From: a virus
Direction: 5' to 3' (one strand)
IMG/VR virus record: IMGVR_UViG_3300008267_007212
DNA length: 64,000 nt
Positions 25,301-33,605 of the stretch are shown piece after piece. Each line of letters begins with the position of its first letter. The stretch's first letter is position 1. Below the pieces are notes generated by a model. The model was given only the letters and a program-made list of their open reading frames with translations, ran no database searches and had not been told where the DNA came from. A program made the position numbers and the translations under genes.

Positions 25301-26391
25301 TTCCGTTTTTTGGCGTAAAAAGACAATACGCTAATTTAAGAAAAGAAATACTAGATGCTGTGGATAAAGTTTACAGCACAGGACAAGTATTGGATGGACA
25401 TTATACTAAAGAGTTTGAAAAGCAAATCGCAAAAAGATGCCATCGCCGATATGCTGTTGCTGTTAATAGTTGTAGTCAAGGTTTGATATTTGCTCAGCAA
25501 GTTTTATTTTTAGAGAATACAAAAATCCTCATCCCTACTATTAGCTTTGTATCTACTATTAACAGTGTATTGCTAAATGGCAATGAACCAGTATTGTGCG
25601 ACACTGACGATCAAGCATTGATAAATTTAGAAAGTTTAGATTATGCTATTAAGGGAGCAGGGGTACAGGGTATTATGTATGTTAATCTGTTTGGCAACAC
25701 AGTTGACTGGAACAGATTTAAAATGACTACTGATTTCTTTAATCAAGATTTAAAAATAATCGAAGATGCAGCTCAAAGTTTTGGAGCTAGCTATAAAGGA
25801 ATGCCCAGTGGATCGTTGGGAGATATCAGCGTATTAAGCTTTGACCCTACAAAAAATTTACCTAACTACGGCAGCGGTGGTATGGTACTAACAGATGATT
25901 TAGAAATATACAATACTCTGAGAGACCTACGCGACAACGGCAAAACTAGTGGGCATGAAATTCCAGGCACTAATAGTAAAATGAACGAAGCAGACTGCGC
26001 TCAAATGCTGGTTAAACTTAATTATTTTGATTCTTGGCAACGTCGTCGTACACAGATTGCAGAATACTATAACGCTGAATTATGTAATCACGTTGACACG
26101 CCCAAGACTACAGAGGGCACTGTTCATGCTTGGCACAAATATGTAATAAAACTAAATGACAGAAATGGACTAAAACATCATTTAGCAATTAATGGAATAG
26201 AAACTAAAATACATTATGAATCTCCGTTATATGAACATCCAGTGGGCTATCCCTATATTAACTATGCAGCAGAGTTATACAGGGAAGCCAGTGCATTTTG
26301 CCAAGAGTGTTTGAGTTTGCCAATTTATCCAGAATTAACAGATTCAGAAGCTGAATCTATTGTCGATAACATTAAAAAGTTTTTTAACTAG
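25282..26391 (+). CDS. DegT/DnrJ/EryC1/StrS sugar aminotransferase
   Basis: IIEDAAQSFG, SFDPTKNL, GGMV, LSLPIYP. Confidence 0.9.
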   Translation: MEVKTIIPFFGVKRQYANLRKEILDAVDKVYSTGQVLDGHYTKEFEKQIAKRCHRRYAVAVNSCSQGLIFAQQVLFLENTKILIPTISFVSTINSVLLNGNEPVLCDTDDQALINLESLDYAIKGAGVQGIMYVNLFGNTVDWNRFKMTTDFFNQDLKIIEDAAQSFGASYKGMPSGSLGDISVLSFDPTKNLPNYGSGGMVLTDDLEIYNTLRDLRDNGKTSGHEIPGTNSKMNEADCAQMLVKLNYFDSWQRRRTQIAEYYNAELCNHVDTPKTTEGTVHAWHKYVIKLNDRNGLKHHLAINGIETKIHYESPLYEHPVGYPYINYAAELYREASAFCQECLSLPIYPELTDSEAESIVDNIKKFFN

Positions 26392-27637
26392 ATTTCCATT
26401 TATTCGCTAATGCTTCAACAAAATCTTTAATAGTTGTTAAATTATTTTGTTGCATAAATTTAATTATTCTAATAGCATTATTACGATCTGCGCCAGCACT
26501 GGGTTTACGGGCGTTACTTAAGTCAGAGTCCAAACTCCTAATCGCATCATCTTTATAGTATGAGTATTGTAGATTGTATCGTAGTTGTTCAGCACGTTTA
26601 CTTAATTGTGAGCTGTCTCTAGCTTGCAATAACTCCATCCAAGGTATTAAATATCCCCTGTGACGGCTTAGATACCCGCCAGTTTTTTCTTGTCCTGACA
26701 GCACAGAAACATCGCCTTGCTTACGAGTGTTAAAGTTTCTCCAAGCCTCTTTGTCTGTATAAAAATAAGCAGGAATATTTCTACGTTTGGCAGTAATTAA
26801 AGCTTGTCGAGTCCACGCTTTAACTTCCGGGTCAGCCTCGAGATCGCAATACATATGCACAGCAGATACACCTTCGATGGATATCATAGGTTCTTTACTG
26901 AATACTCGATCTTCGGCTTCGTGTTCTCTATGATGAGGTAAAGATGGATTTCTGTTTTCCCAGTAATCTATGGGTTTAGAAATGTAATGATTGTTAAACC
27001 AGTTACCGTCTAGTACAAACAACGTGGCTTGCTGACCTATCGTCGAATGGTAGCCACCTCGACGGGTTCTAGTAGTGCTTAAGAAATAAGGATGTCCCTT
27101 AGGTGCATATTGTTGCTCTATACTACCTAATGTACTGCTTAATTGAAAGACTCCGGAAGTTAAAATAGATAATGCTGTTCTGTTACTAGTGTAATGAAAT
27201 ACTATACGACTTAGACTTTCATCTAGTTGACCTGGTTCCCAAGACATATTTTTAGAACCTTTAATAGCAGGTTTAAATCCGTGCCCTTTATAAAACTTTG
27301 TTAGTTTACTCTGACTTACTTGTCCTTTATCCCATGGATACAATGTCAGGGCAATACCATCTTCTTTTGCAAGACTCTGCAATTCTTTCATTGCACGACT
27401 GCCGACTCCTTGACGCAATGGATATGCTTGAAACCATTTAACTTCTACAGCATCGCGCTTAGACAAGCTAGGTACTAATTCGAATATTGCAAATTGTTGT
27501 TCGTCACCTTGTCCTCCCATGGGCATAACGTGGTTGTTTTGCCATACCTGTGGATACTTTGTATATACTTTTTCAATCCAATCTTTTGCTCGTGTTTGAT
27601 CGGTATTAGATAATTTGATAACTTCGTCAATACGCAT
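26384..27637 (-). CDS. two-domain protein: GNAT acetyltransferase + ADP-ribosyltransferase-like domain (putative capsid-packaged effector)
   Basis: RQGVGS (motif A) and FYKGHGF; then VFHYT / FLSTT / EAE; MRIDE N-terminus and internal LDE-S. Confidence 0.6.
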   Translation of the reverse strand: MRIDEVIKLSNTDQTRAKDWIEKVYTKYPQVWQNNHVMPMGGQGDEQQFAIFELVPSLSKRDAVEVKWFQAYPLRQGVGSRAMKELQSLAKEDGIALTLYPWDKGQVSQSKLTKFYKGHGFKPAIKGSKNMSWEPGQLDESLSRIVFHYTSNRTALSILTSGVFQLSSTLGSIEQQYAPKGHPYFLSTTRTRRGGYHSTIGQQATLFVLDGNWFNNHYISKPIDYWENRNPSLPHHREHEAEDRVFSKEPMISIEGVSAVHMYCDLEADPEVKAWTRQALITAKRRNIPAYFYTDKEAWRNFNTRKQGDVSVLSGQEKTGGYLSRHRGYLIPWMELLQARDSSQLSKRAEQLRYNLQYSYYKDDAIRSLDSDLSNARKPSAGADRNNAIRIIKFMQQNNLTTIKDFVEALANKWKSS

Positions 27638-29299
27638 TCAGTATTTAGCGTCATAATACTGTCTTAGCCAAGCCCACTCATAACTGAGCATTAGTTTGTC
27701 ATACTCGCCGTTTACGGTGTCGTAGTACTCTATGGCATCTTGGGCTCCAAGAATACTCCAGTTACCAAACTGACCATTGCCCACTGCCAGCCACTTCTTA
27801 AGTCTGAACTCAGTTTCAATATTAGGTTGTGTAATACTGAAATATTTTAACTTAACAACTTCTCGGAACGCTGTTCTCCAGGTAGTCCAAGCATCTTGGT
27901 CATAATGGGCGGTGCCACTTAAAATGGGCACTACTTCATGAGCTTTACTTAAAGTAAAATCTAATCCACTTTCTATTGTTTCTAGTACCAAACGTTTATT
28001 GTAAGCAATCATTGCCTGATGTCCGTAGATCAATCCATTTACTGGATTCTTGGCATGAAAAATATAATGTTTGGGTTCCTGGAAGTAATCAGGTTGCCAA
28101 GACCAATCAAAATTAACGTCAACTTCTAATTTAGCAAACACTGCAAAAAACCACGGTGTATCACTACGTTCGGCCGCGGCTTTGTATGCTGCCATACGAC
28201 CATTTACATTTTGAACACGTTCGATTGTATTACTGAACTTTAGTGCAGGAAATCCAGAGTCTTCCTGGTCCAAAACTTTACACAAATGATTATACCAACG
28301 CTCTGCGTTTGGCTCACCATTACTGATATAGACTATGTCTAAACAGTCTTCTGTGTGTACAGATTCGCCCCTTTTCCCGACGTTTATGTAAGGATAATCG
28401 TAGATTTGTGTGCGTAAATGTGCTTTAATATCTCGTGGTACTACACATATACCGTTGCTTTCTATAAAACTCTCTACAGCCCTGTCTTTTTCAGTCCATA
28501 GGCAAATTTCACTGTTAAGTAAGATACCGGGACTATTTAAAAATGCTGCATAAGGAAATTTGAAATCATAATTACGAACTTCGTCTACTAGATTGTCGTG
28601 GTCATAGTAAACTTTCGGGCAGGCGTATCTATGTACTGTTTGATCTTGACAATAATCGATAACGTTAAACCAATCCAATAACTCCAAATCAACCATTTGT
28701 TTTTTAAATGATTCTACATGGATGTAAAAAGTATCTCCGCGCTTTTGATTACCGCTAGGGAAACAATGAATCATTTCTTCTTGCCACTGAGCAGGATGCC
28801 AAGTAAAATCAAAATCTCGATAATCACAGACACTGCTAATCACCCACACATATTCTGTAGTGGCCAAATTTACTATACGTTTCAGTACGTTTAAATGGTC
28901 CGATACATATCTAGTAGATTTAATATCTGGATATTGTAGTTTAAGAGCAGCAAGATGTGCCTTACTCTCGGGATTCATAAAATCCATGTAGAATATATCA
29001 GTGGACGTTACTCTTTTAATTTCAATATCATCACGCCAATGCCACTGATGTTCTTTGGTGCCTGTTGGAACTAAGTATGTGCCGCCATTTTTTTGCCATT
29101 GACTGGCCCAAACATGTGTATGCTCTGCTTCGTAACTGATAGGCCGCCAATAAAAGTCAAAATCTCTATAGTTATTGTGCCCGTCTATGTACCAAAAATA
29201 TGCTGTACGGCAAAGTGAATCAGCTTCTTCCAGACTAGATGCTGGTTGTTCAAAGTCAAACAAACCAGGCTTGGGTCCTTTGTAGAATACGTCAAACAT
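27638..29299 (-). CDS. multi-repeat GT-A-like (glycosyltransferase-related) protein
   Basis: Repeated DFxWxP units; the last unit is paralogous to 45086..46012 (AAYKAAA..SDT; WRTAFRE). Confidence 0.6.
   Translation of the reverse strand: MFDVFYKGPKPGLFDFEQPASSLEEADSLCRTAYFWYIDGHNNYRDFDFYWRPISYEAEHTHVWASQWQKNGGTYLVPTGTKEHQWHWRDDIEIKRVTSTDIFYMDFMNPESKAHLAALKLQYPDIKSTRYVSDHLNVLKRIVNLATTEYVWVISSVCDYRDFDFTWHPAQWQEEMIHCFPSGNQKRGDTFYIHVESFKKQMVDLELLDWFNVIDYCQDQTVHRYACPKVYYDHDNLVDEVRNYDFKFPYAAFLNSPGILLNSEICLWTEKDRAVESFIESNGICVVPRDIKAHLRTQIYDYPYINVGKRGESVHTEDCLDIVYISNGEPNAERWYNHLCKVLDQEDSGFPALKFSNTIERVQNVNGRMAAYKAAAERSDTPWFFAVFAKLEVDVNFDWSWQPDYFQEPKHYIFHAKNPVNGLIYGHQAMIAYNKRLVLETIESGLDFTLSKAHEVVPILSGTAHYDQDAWTTWRTAFREVVKLKYFSITQPNIETEFRLKKWLAVGNGQFGNWSILGAQDAIEYYDTVNGEYDKLMLSYEWAWLRQYYDAKY
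27642..27649 (-). promoter_or_regulatory. late promoter motif GCTAAATA, near-leaderless
   Basis: 4 nt upstream of ATG 27637; no SD. Confidence 0.45.
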
Positions 29300-29726
29300 C
29301 GATTTGTTCTACTGAAACTTTACATTTGTTTAAAAATTCAACGCCAGAAGTATCACGATAAGCTTGACCAAAATAAACTTTTTTTATTCCGCTTTGATAA
29401 ATCAGTTTAGAACATTCTATGCACGGTGCATGAGTAATAAACATTGTTGCTCCATCCCCGCTTTCACTACTTCGTGCTAATTTGCTGATGGCGTTCGATT
29501 CTGCGTGGATCACTTCGGGTTTTGTTTTTAATTCGTAGTCGCCTGTTTTATCCCAAACTTTGTTTTCACAGTTGTTATCCCATCCTGCAGGCATGCCGTT
29601 GTAGCCAATGCTGATAATTCTATCATCTTTAACTACAATTGCACCCACATGCAGTCGACGAGCATGGCTGAGTTCGGCAAATGTTTTTGCAGTCTGCATA
29701 TATGCTTGTATTAATTTTTGTTTCAT
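29292..29726 (-). CDS. dCMP deaminase
   Basis: VGAIVV, GYNG, HAESNA, PCIEC. Confidence 0.9.
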   Translation of the reverse strand: MKQKLIQAYMQTAKTFAELSHARRLHVGAIVVKDDRIISIGYNGMPAGWDNNCENKVWDKTGDYELKTKPEVIHAESNAISKLARSSESGDGATMFITHAPCIECSKLIYQSGIKKVYFGQAYRDTSGVEFLNKCKVSVEQIDV

Positions 29727-30400
29727 TTTCTTAGCCAACTTACTTCATCCCAATTATTACCTGTTGGATTAAATTTTGCCACTACTTGAGAATAAAGTTC
29801 GATATCTGCAGCCAAATAGTTTAGTACTTCTTGGTTAGGATTTTCTTCAAACATTTCTTTTATTTTTAATTCCAATGCTTTTTTCTTTTTACTTGATTCA
29901 TTTGTGTTATTGACATTTCTAAACATGTGTATGTTATATTTTTTTAATAACATGTCTGTTAATTGAATCACTTGGTCAGGAGAAATAATGTCTATGGGTA
30001 TCCAGTCAATTTGATTGCAGTATTTTCCTAAATTTTCTGAGATTGACACGGAATGAAAATCAAGTAACTTAGAATTTAACACTAACTGTTGTAAATTAGA
30101 ATCTATATAAAATTGATTTGCTAGACTGTTTTCATATAACCACTGTGTTATAGCCTTGTATCTTCTAGTCAATGGATCTGATATAAAAGAAAATACACAC
30201 CCTTCCCAATTAATTTCATTAAATGTAGTCGGCGGCCATCGATGATTAACTTTAAAAATTTCTCTGAAAAAAGTAGATGCGTTTTTCAACGTAACTATGT
30301 ACGTTAAAACATCACAAGAGTACGTCTCTACGTAAGATCCAGCCCTGGGTTCAAAAGAATTGAACTTGTTTATATCGACAATATAAGGAGTTATGTCCAT
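29723..30400 (-). CDS. sulfotransferase-like protein (Sulfotransfer_2-like)
   Basis: KNAST (5'-PSB-like), SDPLTRRY (3'-PB-like), YLAADIELY; next to the APS kinase. Confidence 0.55.
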   Translation of the reverse strand: MDITPYIVDINKFNSFEPRAGSYVETYSCDVLTYIVTLKNASTFFREIFKVNHRWPPTTFNEINWEGCVFSFISDPLTRRYKAITQWLYENSLANQFYIDSNLQQLVLNSKLLDFHSVSISENLGKYCNQIDWIPIDIISPDQVIQLTDMLLKKYNIHMFRNVNNTNESSKKKKALELKIKEMFEENPNQEVLNYLAADIELYSQVVAKFNPTGNNWDEVSWLRK

Positions 30401-30401
30401 A

Positions 30402-30617
30402 TTAATCTATAGATATTTGTTTACCCCATTTAATCAAATTCCATACTCTTTCGTGTAGAAAGTATAACAGGGTATTAACAGTTATTTGCAATAACGCAAT
30501 ACTACCAGCAATCGAAAAATCACCTGTAATAACGTATGATATTATAAACGTAGCTCCGCTACCAGTCAATCTCCAGCTAATCGTTTTAATAAAACTTCGC
30601 TGGATACTGTCTGTCAT
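30402..30617 (-). CDS. DUF2061-like small membrane protein
   Basis: RSFIKTISWR...YFLHERVW..I.WG. Confidence 0.8.
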   Translation of the reverse strand: MTDSIQRSFIKTISWRLTGSGATFIISYVITGDFSIAGSIALLQITVNTLLYFLHERVWNLIKWGKQISID

Positions 30618-31408
30618 TTTAAACCTAGTTCTTTTCTAATTTTAGTAGCACTAATATCAGTAATCGACTCATCGAATGTTTCTTCGCCCGCTGAATATCC
30701 CACGCCACGACCCCAACCTATATGCACAATATTTGGAACTACTTGTATGTCGTATTGCCCTTGGTATAGTGGATCTAAGTCTCGACGAATAAATGATTTT
30801 ACTTTTTCTACTTCAAAAGGGTTAGACCCTTGCCATCCCTGTACATCACGAACTTGAATCATAACTTGGCCTGTGCGCTGTAGCAGTCTTTCGAATAGTG
30901 CGCGGTGACCATCATGCCATGGTTGCCAGCGACCCAACATCTGTACTGTTTCTTTTTTCCAATCAAAAGTAGGACGGCGACGATCATCGACGATATGCTC
31001 AGCAATAAAATCTGCCCACTTGGCAGCGTTCTGTTCGGTAATCCGGAAATCATAAACTTCGGGCTCCACAAACATTTTATTAGTGTCGGCGTAACGACCT
31101 TCACGTATAGTGTCCATCCATACAGTCCAATCTGCTTTAAAATTGTTACGCATTTCGACTAAGGGTGCAACAAAGTCGCACAGTGCATAATCTGTATTAC
31201 AAGTAGCAGACAACTCGGACATACGCTTGCTTTGCCTAATACGCCCTGCTTCGCTGAAATCCCAATCATTGAATTGTTTACGTATTTCATCTGCGTTAAA
31301 CCAAGTTACAGTTTTGCCATTTGCTTCTAGCAACTTTTTTAATTCTGTTGCCAAATAAGTTTTTCCTGCACCGGGCAGGCCCATTATTAAAATCTTTGAT
31401 GCACTCAT
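30614..31408 (-). CDS. cysC: adenylyl-sulfate kinase-like domain fused to an HxGH nucleotidyltransferase domain
   Basis: GLPGAGKT, NADEIR, DFSEAGRIRQ; C-terminal GRWQPWHDGH, ISATKIR. Confidence 0.72.
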   Translation of the reverse strand: MSASKILIMGLPGAGKTYLATELKKLLEANGKTVTWFNADEIRKQFNDWDFSEAGRIRQSKRMSELSATCNTDYALCDFVAPLVEMRNNFKADWTVWMDTIREGRYADTNKMFVEPEVYDFRITEQNAAKWADFIAEHIVDDRRRPTFDWKKETVQMLGRWQPWHDGHRALFERLLQRTGQVMIQVRDVQGWQGSNPFEVEKVKSFIRRDLDPLYQGQYDIQVVPNIVHIGWGRGVGYSAGEETFDESITDISATKIRKELGLK

Positions 31409-32025
31409 TATGTTTCCTTTCTTAAGTTTTCAAATAATTCTATATCTTTTCTAAAATAGTCTAAAATATGTGTGTTGTTTTTATTGTCTGTGAATCTTTG
31501 TTTTATTTCTCTTGTTAAAGATTGGCTATCAACCCCTGCTATATTTTTAAATCCTCAATCAAAATTTGTCCATCTAAGTATTTTTTGTGATTGAAGAAAT
31601 TTGTCTGTGTTTTCTATAGTTTTATCATAATTGTCATAATCACAGATAATCCATTGAATTTTTGTAATCTTTTCACCTAACATTTCATGATAACTTGCGC
31701 TATGATTGTCGATATACGGAAGATTTATAATATAATCTCGGAATTCTGCATTTACTCTGAATTCTGTGTGTAAATTGTTACGAATCAACCAATGAGCAAT
31801 TCCTTTATGCCTACGTTCAATCGGATCGGCTAAGTGGCTAAAAATTAATTTATTTTCCCAATCTATATCTTTATATTCTATTGGCTCCCATTTCATACCA
31901 TTTATAAAATTGTTATAAAATAAAGAAGAAACACATCGATAGTTCCGTAAATAAATTAAATGAGCAGTAGTGCAAGCTTGCCCCAAATTTGAATTTGTTA
32001 CAACTATTTCAGCATTAAAGGTCAC
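31408..32025 (-). pseudogene. sulfotransferase-like gene interrupted by an in-frame TGA at 31555-31557
   Basis: Frame continues 48 codons past the TGA to a TAATG overlap with cysC; the tail YFRKDIELF matches the paralogue's YLAADIELY. Confidence 0.65.
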
Positions 32026-33503
32026 GACAATACTTTTACTCCGTATAATTGTTCAAATCTGTCAGCGTCGACCCGGTCATTGACCATAGGTTCACCCCTA
32101 ATGTTTAGACTAGTATTTAATAGCATAGGACAATCTGTGACAATAAACCATTTTTCTAAGAGTTCTCTGATTCCCGATCCGTCCTTGGGCACAGTCTGAA
32201 CACGACTAGTTCCATCATGATGCACAATAGCAGGAAATAAGTCAGGACTACGGCAACAAGCGACTGACTGCATATAAGGACTATGATCGAAGCCAGGGGG
32301 CATATCAAAATACTCGCTAGCGTATTCTGCCAGAATAACTGGCGCAAAAGGTCTGAACTTTTGTCTACGTTTGATTTCATTTACTCTATCCTTAATATCA
32401 TTTCCTCTGGGGTCAGCCAATAAACTACGATTGCCTAATGCTCGCGGGCCGAATTCTGCGCGGCCACTTGCCACACCAACAATACGATCACGCAAAAGAG
32501 TATCCAGGGCGTCATTAACAGGGTAAGAGCCAGGAATAAGATGACCCAGATAAGCATCATTCCAATTAATGCGGCCGCCATAAACAAGAGCAGCGGCACC
32601 AAGACTAGACCCTGCATCCCCGGGATTAGGCATAATCCAAATATTTTCAAAGTATCCTCCTACACAGCTATTAATACTACAGTTAAGAGCAACACCGCCC
32701 ATGTATACCAGATTAGAACTCCAGTTAAAATCTTTTGCTCTACGCATGATATTTAACACTAAATCTTGGGTCAGATCTTGTGCGCTGGCTGCAATGTCCA
32801 TATCTCCTACGTAGGACAAATACTTTTGTTCTATGCCCGTATGAAGATTTTCTTTAAATTTAATTTCCCATTCATTGTGCAAAAATTTGGACTTAAATAA
32901 ATCAGTGAACGCTGGCACACCATATGCTGCCATACCCATAAGAATATATTCTTCTTCATTGGGTTTAAGACCAACACGTTCTGTCATTGCACTGTAAAAC
33001 AGTCCTATACTATGCGGATATTTTTGACGCCATAATCTTTTATAAACGGCTTTTCCTTGAACGTATTCTGCTGCCCAAATGCTTATTGTATCCCATTCAC
33101 CAATGGCATCGATTACAACCACCGTGGCTTTGTCAAATGGGCTTGTCTGAAACCCTGCAGCCGCGTGGCATAGATGATGATTGTGCGTTGAAATCGGTCC
33201 TGGGAAATTAGAAAATTCTTTGCCTATTTGCCTATTAAGAATCTGTCGAACAGTTAATTTATTCCATTCAACACCTTGACCGCTGTACAGTTGTCTTAAC
33301 TGTTTATTCCATGGTCGTTCATAGTAAGCAACATGGTCAATTCTATAATTAATTATTTCTTTGATTATACCAGGACTTAAATTTGGATCGTTTTTAATTT
33401 TACTATAGCGTTCACTGTGACCCGCATATAATATATTTCCATGATAGTCAATGACACTTAATGCAGCATCATGGAATCCTGCAGATATTCCTAAAATATT
33501 CAT
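32022..33503 (-). CDS. O-carbamoyltransferase (NodU/CmcH/TobZ family)
   Basis: GFHDAA, ERYSKIK, HHLCHAA, DAIGE, MGMAAYG, GGVALNC, EFGPRALGNRS, FRPFAP, LLNTSLN. Confidence 0.95.
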   Translation of the reverse strand: MNILGISAGFHDAALSVIDYHGNILYAGHSERYSKIKNDPNLSPGIIKEIINYRIDHVAYYERPWNKQLRQLYSGQGVEWNKLTVRQILNRQIGKEFSNFPGPISTHNHHLCHAAAGFQTSPFDKATVVVIDAIGEWDTISIWAAEYVQGKAVYKRLWRQKYPHSIGLFYSAMTERVGLKPNEEEYILMGMAAYGVPAFTDLFKSKFLHNEWEIKFKENLHTGIEQKYLSYVGDMDIAASAQDLTQDLVLNIMRRAKDFNWSSNLVYMGGVALNCSINSCVGGYFENIWIMPNPGDAGSSLGAAALVYGGRINWNDAYLGHLIPGSYPVNDALDTLLRDRIVGVASGRAEFGPRALGNRSLLADPRGNDIKDRVNEIKRRQKFRPFAPVILAEYASEYFDMPPGFDHSPYMQSVACCRSPDLFPAIVHHDGTSRVQTVPKDGSGIRELLEKWFIVTDCPMLLNTSLNIRGEPMVNDRVDADRFEQLYGVKVLS

Positions 33504-33601
33504 TTATAGATAAAAGGATCTTGCTTTCGCAATTCTTTGAGTTTGCGACGATAAGTGATTTCTAATTTAATTCTGTAGTATAAATTTTTAAGCCATTTCA
33601 T
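33500..33601 (-). CDS. 33-aa basic microprotein ending DPFIYK, coupled to the carbamoyltransferase
   Basis: MKWLKNLYYRIKLEITYRRKLKELRKQDPFIYK*; ATGA overlap; absent from the ORF track. Confidence 0.7.
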   Translation of the reverse strand: MKWLKNLYYRIKLEITYRRKLKELRKQDPFIYK

Positions 33602-33605
33602 GATA

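Noticed and set aside
31555-31557. Genome-wide TGA recoding or selenocysteine insertion
   Set aside because: TGA terminates many genes in ATGA overlaps and TGG encodes Trp throughout; no obvious SECIS-like hairpin follows and the position is not a Cys motif
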